A stretch of 64,000 nt of DNA from Azolla caroliniana (taxonomy: Eukaryota > Plantae > Polypodiophyta), in the NCBI GenBank assembly GCA_043228905.1, contig JBHGNT010000012.1, forward strand, positions 2,232,001-2,296,000, read 5' to 3'. Under the pieces are notes generated by a model, which did not search any database, was not told the origin of the DNA, and saw only the letters and a list, made by a program, of their open reading frames with translations. Of the stretch, positions 10,701 to 23,049 are shown in pieces; the stretch's first letter is position 1, and each line of letters starts with the position of its first letter. A program made the translations under genes and the position numbers.

Positions 10701-11369
10701 CATTCTACGCTTATACGGGATATCATCCCCGGTGGTGTGTCCTTGAAACCCCAGAAGTGTCCACAAATCCTTGCGCGGAGGATCGTTTGGAGCGGATACG
10801 CAAGATACAAGCGGATTTATCTACTCAACTCCAGCAAGCTCAACAATCACACAAGGACTACGCAGATCGTCATCGACTTCCATCCAGTTTTAACATTGGA
10901 GATCGGGTGTGGCTGCTACGACGACACATCAAGACTACTCGCCCATGTGAGAAGTTGGATTATCGCCGATTAGGTCCTTTCCGTATTATCGGGAAGATTA
11001 ATGATGTCGCTTTTCGTCTCGAGCTACCTCCGCAACTTCGGATACATCCGGTGTTTCATAGTTCTCTCCTCGAACCCTATCACGAGAGCACTATCCCAGG
11101 ACGTACTATACAACCACCACCTCCTATCGAGCTCGAAGATGGACCTGAGTATGAGGTCGCTGCCATCCTCGATTCCAAGATTGTTCGCAACAAGCTCTAC
11201 TATCTAGTCGATTGGCTAGGATATAGTCCCAGCGAGCGTACTTGGGAACCGATCGAGAATGTGACCAATGCTCGTGCTCTTCTAGAAGACTTCCATCGAC
11301 GATATCCCGAGAAACCGGGTCCTCAAACCAAAACGACTCGTGGAACTCGTCGTTTTAAAGGGGGGATAG

Positions 11370-11377
<8 letters not shown>
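7781..11377 (+). CDS. Chromovirus Pol (PR-RT-RH-IN-chromodomain), in the -1 frame relative to gag
   Basis: Motifs LLDSGA, MPFGLTNAP, YLDD, EADASD, HHCC, SDHGPQF, DGQAER and GPF; chromodomain YEVAAILDSK...YLVDWLGY...TWEP; no stops. Confidence 0.95.
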
Positions 11378-11894
<517 letters not shown>

Positions 11895-14331
11895 GGTACT
11901 GCCCCGGCCACCAATACTTCCCCTTCAGTTTCTCAAACGTAGCCCATGTCCCACGGTGTCCAGCCCAAGGGCTGTCGTGGTAGGCCGTCAGCAGCTCCTC
12001 CTGTTCTTCCTTCATCGCCACCACCCGGAGCGGAGCGCCGTCCCTCTTCTTCGGGTGCTTCCATAGATAGCCGTCCCGGAGAAAGAATCGGTACGCTTTC
12101 TTCCGGATCCGGTTGGCCTCGTCTTTCGTCCATGACGCATCCGGCGTCATTGTCTTCAAAAACCCACCGATCTGCAGCCACTCCCCGTCGTACTTGCTCG
12201 CGTCGAAGTCGCTAAGCGCCGGAGTGCTTGTTCCGTCGGTTGTTACATACGCAGTCTCGAAGAAGTCCACGCCGACCTCTTCGTCCTCCGAAACCATGCC
12301 GCCCTCGTCATCGAATCTCGCCCTTGAAAGCATGTCGGCCATGGCGTTGTCTTTCCCGGAAATGTGTCGTATTACCGGGTCTAGGGACTTGATATACGCT
12401 ATCCACCTGAGCATTGCCAGGTCCGGCGTCACGCATCCGGAAACCATGCCGAGAATCGGCATGCAATCCATCTCTATGATTACCTCCGTCCCGATCAGAT
12501 AGTCCTTGTCGGCCTTCACCGCCGAAACGATACCCCAGAGTTCGCGTTTAACCTGGGCGTATCCTTGCTGCCGTTCGCTGAGGACCTTCGCGCCGAATCG
12601 GATCGGAAACCGATTGCCGTCCTCGTCTTCTTGGTTGACGACCCACCCGATTCCGGTCGGACTCGTGTCAACCGTTATGTACACTGGGGTGCCCTTCCTG
12701 TAGACAGCCTTTCGGAGCGCCGGTGCTGCCGAAAGAGCCTCCTTCAGCTTCCGGACCGACTCCGCGTGCTTGTCTAGCCATTCGAATCTTTGCCCTTTCT
12801 TCAATAATCCGTACAGCGGCTCCGCGACGTGCGCGTAATGCGGGATCCATATGTGGTAGAAGGCGCATGCTCCCAAGAATCTTCGTACTTCCGTGACCGA
12901 GCTGCAGTCAGGCTTCATCGCGGAGATGGCCTCTACCTTTGCCGGAGACGGTTTCCGGCCATATGGCCCACACAAATGTCCGACCACCATGATTTCCGAC
13001 TGCCCGAAGGCAGACTTCTCCCCCGAGAAGGTGAGCCTCGCATCCTCTAGCCCTTGCAGCACCTTCTCGCAGTCGTCAATGTGTGTCACCACGAATCGCC
13101 GGCATCCGTCCGGCCCGATCGTCTCGTCCTTCTCTTCTACCGGGCATCCCTTGATCGGGATGTCGTCTAGAAACGGCATGGTGATGTCCGGGATGCAGTC
13201 CCTCAGCACCCTGTTCATTGCATTCACCATGTGGGCCACCGAGTTGGTCCCTCCTTGCGGCAGCGTACACATCCGCACTAGGCCGAGGGGAGTTCGCATC
13301 GTCGTAATGTCTCTGCTCTCCACGGCTAGCTGGAACTGGTCGTACCCTGAATATAGATCACCGACCGAGTAAATCGACCTTCCGGCGAAGGCCTCCGCGA
13401 ACTCGTCTACGATCGGTCCGATTCCTGCGTTCCGAATGGTCACCCTATTGACCGGTTGCAGGTCCTGAATGAAGCGTAATGACCCGTTTTTCTTTGGTAC
13501 GGTAAACCATCGGTTTGAATACGGGGCGCTCGACGGCTCGAGAATGCCCATCTCAACTTTCTGCTTCAACAGCTCCATCAACTTCGGGATGTGAGCTCTC
13601 GGAACCGGAATTGGCTTGAGATTCCACGGTACATGCGGTACCGTGAATATCACCATTGGCTCTACGATCGTCGGGTCTACGCACCCGATTTCCTCCGGTG
13701 AGAATGCGAAGGCTTTCCCGTGCCTTCCGAGCATTCTCCGAAACCGGTCTTCCTCCACCGGCAGTAGGAACCCGCCCCCACCGATCTTCAGCTCGCGGAG
13801 CGTCTCGTTGGTGAAGGTGTGTCCTATGCCGCCCGGATCTCGTAAGCTGGGGTCCGATGCAACCCCTTTGATTCGGGATTCGCTGCCCTCCGGTAAGGGC
13901 GCCGCAACTGGCCTCACCTTACGGTCCACCATCTTGTACTCGGTGCTCACTCGGGCCGTCCGTTCCGACTCGAGCCCTCGACCGAAGTCCGCGATGACTT
14001 CGTACATTTCTTCGGAACCTACCGGTATCGTCCGGTCTTCGTTAAGGTCTTCTTCGACTACCTTCCCCAGCATCCCCAAGGTGTCGTCGAAGGAGACTGC
14101 CTCCACGGCTCCGTTGATTCCTTCGTCAGGGCCGAGAACTCCGCACGCCCGAAGTCTCCCCTCCGTCTTTGTTTTCTCTCGGCCGGTGATGCCGACCATC
14201 GTACATGCTCCGCTGTCGGAGAAGCAAAATTTCCTACCTATTGTACACGGTTTTATCGTACAGATGTGGGGTTTTTCCGGAGCATCCGGACTGTCGCGGC
14301 CCCACGCCTTGGCAGTCCTCTCTAAAAATCC
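11895..14331 (-). CDS. Pol ORF2, 5' part (RT, RNase H, start of integrase zinc finger); reached by a predicted -1 frameshift and truncated by the nested insertion
   Basis: Motifs DLYSGYDQ, LPQGGTNS, FLDD, TVDTSPTG, NAMADMLSR and H..PWAGH; the frame stays open from the slippery site at 14331 to the ATG at 14199. Confidence 0.88.
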
Positions 14332-16448
14332 TCTCGGTTTTCGGAACCGAGGGAATCGCGGTTACGTTCGTGGTTCGGCCGTACCGTCAGAAACTGGACC
14401 GAATGGCGCCCGTCTTGGCTTTTGACCCTCGCGTAGGCCGAACCATTGTCCAGCACCTTGGTCTCCATCCGCGCCGCCGTGATGTACGGCTCTCCCAGTA
14501 TGACCGGATGCGAAGACGTTTCCTGCACGAAGAAGTGTTGGTCGATCTCGACGTCGCCGATCTTGACTCGCACATTCGGACAGGCCCCGTGCAGCTCCTC
14601 GGTGGCGCGCGTTGCCGCCCTTATTTTCCACCCGTGCTTGGTGTTGATCGGCCATTTGCCCTTCTTATAGAAGTCCATGGACATCAAGTTGATCTCCGAT
14701 CCGTGGTCCACCAAAGCTATCACCGGTTCCTGGACATCGCCGATCTTCACCGGGGTTTCCGTGGTCGCTCGGGCCCAGTGTGGTCTCGAATAGTGGCTTT
14801 CCGCCCACTCGTCTCCCAGCGCCATGTCGTCTAGGTGCGTCGTCCGCACTTCCACCGGTCTTTCCGGTTCTGTCTCCGTCGACAGCCTCTTCCGTTTCAC
14901 CAAGTCCACGATGGAGTCGTGGAACTCCTTCTTGGCGATTCCCAGCACCTCTCGTAACGACAGCTCCACCTTGCTGTCGAGGATCCGTTCCTCCAGGACC
15001 TTTCGTAAGTCCGTGGTCCTTTCTATCTCCGTCCCCAGACGGTACCCGCCCTTCTGGGGTCTATCTTGCGTGCCGGCCCCGCCGGCTTCGTCCCGTCGTG
15101 GCCCGGACCGGGTCTCGTATCGTTGTGAGGGCCCGGTCGTCCCGGGTCTCCCCACCCGCTTCTCTTCTACCAGAGCCTCGTAGTTCTGGCAAGCGGCTTC
15201 CACGAAGCCCGTCCTTTCCTCGACCGGGTCGCTCCACCCGGTCATCTCCCGTACCCGTTTCTCCGCACGGTCCGATTCCTCCCCTTTAAGCCTTGCACCG
15301 GCAAGGCCTTCCAGCATCGTCGGCCAGAATCCGGCTTTGCTTTCCCTTCGGGCCTCGCCGCCCCCGACTCGAATGCCGGCCGACGCCGAGTAGTGGACGG
15401 TTTCCGCGTGTCGGGCCGCCGCCTCTTCCATCAACCTTTTCATACCACCTTTCCCGTCGTTTCGGCTCAGGGCCCTTCGGGTGTCGCTGGCATGCACCCG
15501 TCCTTCCCACAGGTACACCACCCTGTCCCTTAGCGCCTCCGCGAAGTCGCCGCAGTCCTTCCGAATGTGGCCGACTTCATCGCACCACATGCACCTGTTT
15601 CCTGCCGCCGGCCGTCGGTCACGAGCCGGTTCGCCACCTTCCCTTCGGGCTTGCGCGATTTGGAGGTCCTTTACCGCCCTCGTCAATTCCTCCAGCGCCG
15701 CTCCTCCGGTTGAGCCTCTGACTACGCCGGTCGAAGCCGAACCGGTTTCCAACCACTCTCCGGTCTCTTCCTTTCGCACCCGTGGCGCTGGTTCGAACTT
15801 CCTTGCTGCGACCGAGCCCGACCCAGTTACCCCGTTATCCGCCCATTCTCGCCGTTTGTCGAAACGGCCACAGACTTTCTTGACAGCTGCCCAGTCGGTA
15901 GTGAGCCCGTCTTCGGTTTCCAGCAAGAGGCCCACTTGCTCCCGATCCCGCTCGTCGACCGACTTGACAAACAGCAAGACCCGGCTCGTGTCCAGGATGG
16001 TTCGGTCGAGCGCCGAAAGGCGCGCAAAGTTTTCCTCGAACTCCCGGAGGAGTGCCGAAGCGTTTCTTCCCTTCCCCGGGGACTCCACCCATTCCATGAA
16101 CCATCGCTTCGAAAGCCGGAGCGCGTCGTCCAGCCCGTATTTCTCTAGGAGCCGACCTTCGAACTCCTCCCAGGTACGGCTCTCCGCCCGCACCTCGAGC
16201 ACCTCCGCATGGATGCCCGGCATTGCGACTCGGGGAAATCCGGCAAGACGCCTTTCTTCCGGAATGTCCCGCATCAACATTTCCGCACCGTAGGACGCCA
16301 GATACTTCGTGGCATCCCTCCCATCGAACCGGCCGATCGTGCCGACGACCGCCTCAATAGCTCTGTCGAGGGCACCGGTGCCCTCGCGCGCGTTTACAAT
16401 CCGATCCACGGCCGAAGCCATGGCCTCTGCAAGATCCGACCCCCTCAT
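14322..16448 (-). CDS. Gag-protease polyprotein (ORF1) of the Trp-primed Gypsy
   Basis: Open frame of about 708 aa from the ATG at 16448; zinc knuckle CMWCDEVGHIRKDC; aspartic protease motifs ALVDHGSEIN and VILGEPY; ends G GAT TTT TAG. Confidence 0.88.
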   Translation of the reverse strand: MRGSDLAEAMASAVDRIVNAREGTGALDRAIEAVVGTIGRFDGRDATKYLASYGAEMLMRDIPEERRLAGFPRVAMPGIHAEVLEVRAESRTWEEFEGRLLEKYGLDDALRLSKRWFMEWVESPGKGRNASALLREFEENFARLSALDRTILDTSRVLLFVKSVDERDREQVGLLLETEDGLTTDWAAVKKVCGRFDKRREWADNGVTGSGSVAARKFEPAPRVRKEETGEWLETGSASTGVVRGSTGGAALEELTRAVKDLQIAQARREGGEPARDRRPAAGNRCMWCDEVGHIRKDCGDFAEALRDRVVYLWEGRVHASDTRRALSRNDGKGGMKRLMEEAAARHAETVHYSASAGIRVGGGEARRESKAGFWPTMLEGLAGARLKGEESDRAEKRVREMTGWSDPVEERTGFVEAACQNYEALVEEKRVGRPGTTGPSQRYETRSGPRRDEAGGAGTQDRPQKGGYRLGTEIERTTDLRKVLEERILDSKVELSLREVLGIAKKEFHDSIVDLVKRKRLSTETEPERPVEVRTTHLDDMALGDEWAESHYSRPHWARATTETPVKIGDVQEPVIALVDHGSEINLMSMDFYKKGKWPINTKHGWKIRAATRATEELHGACPNVRVKIGDVEIDQHFFVQETSSHPVILGEPYITAARMETKVLDNGSAYARVKSQDGRHSVQFLTVRPNHERNRDSLGSENREDF

Positions 16449-16470
16449 CTTCTGCTCTTCTGCCGCCTCT

Positions 16471-16488
16471 TTCACGTCGGGTTCACCA
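16471..16488 (-). other. Primer binding site, tRNA-Trp(CCA)
   Basis: Minus strand reads TGGTGAACCCGACGTGAA, complementary to the 3' end of plant cytosolic tRNA-Trp (...TTCACGTCGGGTTCACCA); 4 nt from the LTR. Confidence 0.88.
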
Positions 16489-16492
16489 AAGA

Positions 16493-17286
16493 TGTCGAGA
16501 TTTTACGCAAGTGCGTGTGAAAACGAGGCGGGACCGCGGGGGTCTCGAACCAAAGAGCAAGCAAGGGAGGAGAAAGAGAGAGAACCGGCTACGCAGGACC
16601 GGGGATACGCAGGGACGCGGCCCTCAGCACGGAGAACGCGACAGACACCGACACAGACCGTTGCGAATGACTAAATACGTATGTTAACAAAAATAAAATG
16701 GCTAGCACGACTACAACCCTCGATGGGGCGCAGGTTGGTTACAACCGAACAGGCCGGCGAACAGATGCCGATGCCTGTTCGCTTCGACGCACAAAGGGGG
16801 GGAGCAGGTCGGAGGTGCTGCCGGAAGCACTCGGGCGTTCCTCGAAACAGCGCGAGCCTCCTCGGAGCCCTGCACAGAAAAGCTATGGAGCTCAGGAAGG
16901 AAGGAAACGGAGAGAGAGCGTCCGGAAACGGTCCGACAGCACTTCGTCCTCTCTCTGCCCCCCGCTGCCCCCGCAACAGCTCTTTCCTGCTCCTTATATA
17001 GGCCGTTGAGCAGGCCGTCCTGTCAGCTTTATTCCCTGTCCCCTTTGAACAGGGATCTCCTCTGTCCTTCACGCATCCGCGTAGTTACGCCGCCGACTCG
17101 TACAGTTCGCGCGCGTGACCGAAAAGGCTGTTCGCGCGGTCTTTGTCTCCACTCGTGTTAGGGCCCGTTCCTGCCGATTATCCTCCTAATTCGATTCTAT
17201 GTACAACTTGGAGCGTGCGCGCGTGAAGAACCGGTTCCCACGCCTCGGTGCGCCGATTCCGCTTAGGGACGGTTTTCTTCACGACA
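16493..17286 (-). repeat. 5' LTR of the Trp-primed Gypsy
   Basis: The sense strand begins TGTCGTGAAG and ends CTCGACA; TATATAAG promoter-like motif near 16993-17000 on the minus strand. Confidence 0.96.
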
Positions 17287-18298
17287 GCGTGTTTGTGAAG
17301 AAGTTCAAATACTCCTCCTATACGTGGACGACATGTTGATCGTCGGACGGGACCAGGTCAAGATACAGATGCTGAAGAAAGCGCTTCACCGAACCTTCTC
17401 AATGAAGGACCTGGGTCCGGCGAGGCAAATACTAGGGATGCACATCATCCGGGACCGGAAGAAGAAGCAGTTGTGGCTGTCACAGGAGAAGTACGTGACA
17501 AAGGTGCTTCACCGGTTCAACATGTCGGAAGCAAGACCAGTCGGGTCAACCCTCCCGGCAAACTGCAAGTTGTCCAGCAAGCAAAGCCCCAAGACAAAGG
17601 CTGAGAAGGAGGACATGATGAAAGTACCATATGCCTCTGCCATCGGAAGCTTGATGTACGCAATGGTGTGTACAAGACCGGACATAGGATATGCAGTCGG
17701 AGTGGTGAGCCGGTACATGAGCAATCCCGGCAAAGAGCACTGGAACGCGGCCAAGTGGATACTCCGATACCTGAAGGGCACGGCAAACGTATGCCTCCGA
17801 TTCGGCTCCGGTAAGCCCGAACTCGACGGCTTTACCGATTCGGATATGTCGGCCGATGCAGATACCAGCCGGTCCACATCAGGGTATGTGATGACGTATG
17901 CAGGGGGAGCTGTTTCGTGGCAGTCGAGGCTGCAGAAGACGGTTGCGTTGTCAACCACGGAGGCGGAGTACATGGCGGCCGTTGAAGCCGGCAAGGAAAT
18001 AATATGGATGAAGGACTTCATTAGAGGGCTCGGTATCGGGCAGGAGGAGTACCGACTCTACTGCGACAGTCAGAGTGCCATCCACCTTGCGAAGAATGCG
18101 GCCTATCACTCCCGGACGAAGCACATCCAGCGTAGATACCACTGGATCCGGGAAAGGATAGAAGACAAGGAGTTCGTGCTGACGAAGATCCACACGGACG
18201 AGAACGGGTCGGATATGCTGACCAAGGTACTTACACCCGACAAGCTGGAAGCATGCCGGAAGAGGATCGGATTGGAGAGACATCCCATGCCGAAGTGA
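17287..18298 (+). pseudogene. Copia A pol, 3' part (RT YVDD, RNase H)
   Basis: Resumes after TSD GCGT; motifs YVDDML, FTDSD, LSTTEAEY, CDSQSAI, TKHIQRRYH and DMLTK; about 16 bp deleted near 17307 relative to copy B. Confidence 0.92.
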
Positions 18299-18308
18299 AG
18301 GGGGAGTT

Positions 18309-19006
18309 TGTTGGGATTTTCGGTCCCTCCGGATGGGATGTCCGGAGATGAATGACGGCAAGCCTGGTTGCGGTTACGGAACCGGAGGATGAAGAGTACC
18401 CGGTTACGGAGCCGGATGATGAAGACCCCGGCTACGGAGCCGGATGACGAAGACCCGGCTACGGAGCCGGATGATGAAGACCCCGGCTACGGAGCCGGAT
18501 GACGAAGACCCCGGCTACGGAGCCGGATGATGAATGTACCCGGAGAGAGATCCGGATGCGGGGACATATTTGTGAATATGTTTGCCAAGGGCCCTTTGAG
18601 GCTATATTTGTAAATAGCCCGAAAGTCATATGTGTATAAATATGACTTAGGGCAAACAGTTTAGTCATTGTTGCTCATTTTCTGTTTTCCACTTAGAGAG
18701 AGTGAAGAGAGCAGCCGAGAGAGAGAGTGAGAGAGAGAAAGACGAAGAGGTCGTTGCCTCTGTGTATTACCGCCGCCTGTGGCGAAGACAGTGAGCTCAA
18801 GGTTGTTGCCTTGTGGCTTCACCATTGTACATCTCTGTTCATAGTGATAGTTGGAGTTTGAGGACTTCCGTGGTTTTTCCCATTTAGGGTTTTCCACGTA
18901 AAACATCCTGTGTACTTTTCTCTCTATTGTCTTCGTGTATTTTGTATTTCCTATTTTCTGTGAGTTGATCCTATTCCTCAGCTGTGGCCGAGCACCGTGT
19001 TCAACA
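18309..19006 (+). repeat. 3' LTR of Copia A (698 bp)
   Basis: Preceded by PPT GAAGGGGGAG; has two more U3 repeat units than the 5' LTR. Confidence 0.96.
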
Positions 19007-20034
19007 TAAAGCATATTCTCAAGAGCGGATAAGGAGAGTAAACTCATTTTATATTTTGTATGTATAGGCCTTTGGTGTTAATCGGTGAGAGGGTGGATGT
19101 GGAAAATGAAGCAAATTTTCTATTTCTTGATAAGGATGAGTGATGATGGTGTCGGGGTTTGAAGATATTTTCATGAGGGGATGAGGATAGTAGACTCATT
19201 CTGTTTTTGGATGTACAAGTCTTCAATGGTAATTGGCGAGTGTTGGATGTGGAAGATGAAGATAATATTGTATTCTTGAAGCCTCTTCTACTAAAAATAA
19301 TGTCCTCGTTAATAGCAATGAAAATGTGACATTGGAGAATGCAAATTATGAAGATCAAGATACTATGTTCTGTCCGGATGAAACCAATGAAAGTATGGAA
19401 CCTCCACATGTGTGTGATGGTGTAGATGTGATAAACATAGCAAGGAAAATGCGACCTTGGAGATTGTAGATGTAGCGGGTAGTGATATTGTTCTTGATTT
19501 GCTTAGTTGTAATGATATTTCTCCTACCAAGTCTCCAAAGAAGCATTAGATGAAATTCGGTCTTTTAGAATGTTTCGATTGAATTGGAATTTCTAAAAGA
19601 CCTTGAAGATCTAGAAGGAACTTTTTCTGATGTAGATCTCAATGAGGATATAAAGTCTTTTGGTGAGCCTGCATAAGGCTAATTCAACATAAGTTGAAGA
19701 AAATAGTTGCATGTGCATCATGGAAATTTTGGTGTCTACAAATGCAGCAGTTGAAGTAGGTGTTGAAGTAACCCACAGAAATGTTCAGCTAAGTCGATGG
19801 CACTAGTATGTGTTGATTGTTCAATAGAAGAAGGTTAGGATGAATCATCCTCAAAGGGGTTTTGCTAGATGTTCATTACATATAGATGTCCAATGTCATT
19901 CTTTTTAGTTTTTCACTTTGCTTCTTTATGCTTTGCTATAGGTCATCATGGCTAGAGCCTTTATAATATTTTCAGACTACTCATTTCGTCATGTATGCAG
20001 AAGTTCTACTAATGAAGAATAATTTTTTTGGAAA

Positions 20035-20460
20035 AAAAGGGCTACCATCTTTGAAGGACAGAAGTGGAGTATTTTTCCAAAAGTAATAAGTTGGAGATAC
20101 TGACCAATTTTAGCATCTGAATGCACAATAAAACCATCCCATTATCCTTTCAAAGTATAGACCATGTCCGGCCAAATGTTACGCTCCACTTCAAATTGTG
20201 AGCCTTAACCCAATGAAAAATGGAGGAGCATCGAGCCTTCCAAATATTCATAGCATATGATAGTACTACTAAGTAATTTCCACAATGGTTCCGTCTCCTT
20301 CCTTTTTCCTAAAAATTGTACCATCACTAAAGGAACTACATTCAACCGTTCCAAACAAAGTGCTAAAAGCATGATCAAGAGACTTGACATCATGGAACAC
20401 AAAATGGACAAGTGATTTCGAGATCACCATTCCCCATGTGAATAATGATGGTGGAAGGTG
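20035..20460 (-). mobile_element. Degenerate LINE ORF2 3'-end remnant
   Basis: Homologous to 29047-29460; minus-strand translation resembles the LINE C-terminus seen at 56440-56670 and 42190-42405. Confidence 0.5.
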
Positions 20461-22316
20461 AGTGGTGGTGGTGTGCTTGTGCTTACATGCATAGAATGAA
20501 CCATACGTATCATACGTGCATTTGCATTCAAGAATGATTCAATCAAACATGTATGGTAAATCATCTCAAAGTTGGATTGGATTGACTAGGGTCTATATTA
20601 TATATTGATTCACTCTCAATCCCAATAAGTGGACTCTAGTGGATTGGATTGACTAGTATAAGGGGAAAATAATGAGCAGAGAGCTTTAGGAAATAGGGGA
20701 AAGGGTAGTTAACAAATATTTAACTTATTAGGGGTAATTTGGGATTATCATAATTTTGGGGATTGTGGTAGGGGTACTTTAGTGATTGATAAGGGGATCA
20801 AACCTATGTTCAGTCCATGAGAAAATGAGTGTGCTATGTGGAGAGCCTTTATGTAGGGAACAATTTCTCTCACGTTGAGACTTTGCGCGAGAAACACCAC
20901 TTCACGAGTTTGGACAAGCTCCCTCATGTGTTGAGTTGCAAATTAAATAGTAAACAAAATTGGCTGCTTGGCCAAAAGTATGCATTTCAAGTAGACAAAT
21001 TAGGAGGAACCGGATATAAAGGCCTACAAATGATTAGACAAAAGGAATAAATCCAACAAAATCAAAATTTTGATCACATCTCATTGAATTGTTCCCCTCT
21101 AATTCCAACCTTTGAAAACCTAAGCCCTCAAGTAGGAAATAAAATCTCCCTAATGATAACCTTAAAGTTTTCCAAAACACAAGCACTAAAAAATTCACAT
21201 GGAAGAAAACCCAAAAACCCCAAATTGAAAGAAAATGGAACCAAAAAAATCCAAAGAAAAGAGAACCCGAAAAGTTTGGCCTTGTTCTTATTCTATAGCA
21301 CTAGGTAGCACTTTGCCCCACTATCGTTAACTTCGTAAGCACTTGTTTATTCGTGCATGGCGCCTAATTCAATGTATCTAGTCAAAAGTTCAACACCATG
21401 GCCTCCAAAAGGTAAAACATGATATTTTGCAATCATTTACCTTAATCAATTGTAGTGGTGCTTGTTGTTATAATCTTTTATATTATTATTATTTTATGCA
21501 TGTTTTACTTCCGTTATCCTGGTTCAATTTACATCAACCTCTTATGTTTGACATTTTTGGATCATGACCCGATCACATCACAACACTAGTTTCTGCTTGT
21601 CCATGGATTTTATTATTAGCCTCATGTCTTCAAAGTGTTTCAACGTCATTCTTTGATTTTGGATTTTGTTATTGGCCTCCTGCATTCTAAGTGTTTCAAT
21701 GTCATCTGCACAGTGGTGAATCATTTCACTTAGGTAACACATTTCCTTACATATACTAATCCCATATACATATGATCATACATCAATAGACCTAGTTATG
21801 AGAGAAGTATTCAAGCATCATAGTTAACAAGATTACATTTTCAATTATCATTAGGCAACAATTCATCTTCAAATTTTAGAAGCACTTGCTTAGACTACTA
21901 AAAAACTCTTGTACACTCTCTTCGAACCTTTCATTCAAAAAGTGATGGGTAAATTGAGTGCACAAATTACATATTAAAGCACAATTGCACATGGCCTTCC
22001 AACTCCATTGAGTCAACCTTCCTCTGATTGTCCAACTTTTGCCACAATAAGTGCTATCATCATCAACCGCACTATTATCAATGGCCTAGGCTGGATAATG
22101 CACCAAATTAGAGACATTATTATTTTCTCATCAAAGCAAATATCAAATTTTTGGTAAAAAATCAGTATTATAGTTTTACAGTTGGGAATTCCCAATTAGT
22201 TTTTATTGTCTATCACAATCTCTCAAAAACCCAAAAACAATTATTTAATTGTTGCAAATAATCATTCTTTTATGTATTAGTGTGGATATTCATTTTTTTT
22301 ATGTGTAGTCATGCAA

Positions 22317-22708
22317 CAAATTGAGATCACCCTTCATAGGAAACTACATCAAGCTCACAATGCAATAAATGAAACATTGAATACTCCAAAGTTAATTACA
22401 ATTTATCATATTATACAAACCATGAATCCCAAGCAAAACCACACACGGTGATAAACACAATAATGGAACAAAGGAAGCAAATATCCAAGCATTATTGCGA
22501 ATCGCGATAGGAAACTACATCAAATTGAGATCACTCTTCATAGGAAACTACATCAAGCTCACAATGCAATAAATGACACATTGAATACTCCAAAGTTAAT
22601 TACAATTTACCATATTATACAAACCATGAATCCCAAGCAAACCACACAAGGTGATAAAATACAATAATGGAACAAAGGAAGCAATATCCAAGCATTATTT
22701 CGAATCAC
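22317..22708. repeat. Tandem duplication of about 190 bp
   Basis: CAAATTGAGATCAC...AAGCATTATT occurs at about 22317-22507 and 22521-22708. Confidence 0.85.
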
Positions 22709-23049
22709 AATACAACAAGCTACAATAAAGGAGAAACACCAAAGATACTCCACCACTTGCAATACAAACTTCACAAACGAGGATCAAATTTTTCTACAAT
22801 TTTTTGCCATTTTGATTGAGGAGATCGAAATTTGTACAGAATATACATACACATATTGAGAGGGTTGTTCTTTTGTATGCTGCTACCCACATCCCAAAAG
22901 AAAAAAAACTTCACACCAAGAAAAATAAAAAAAACTCCAGACTACAGCTTTTGCTCTTTTGTAGCAAAAGAAATTAGATCCCTCCATTAGATCCACACAT
23001 TGACAAGAATGTACACTAAAGCAAAACGCTACATACCGAGACATCATCT

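Noticed and set aside
11946-16674. Many 100-270 aa ORFs antisense to or overlapping the Gypsy genes (also at 5092-5820 and across both Copias)
   Set aside because: Expected shadow ORFs in GC-rich, stop-poor coding sequence; no recognisable domains.
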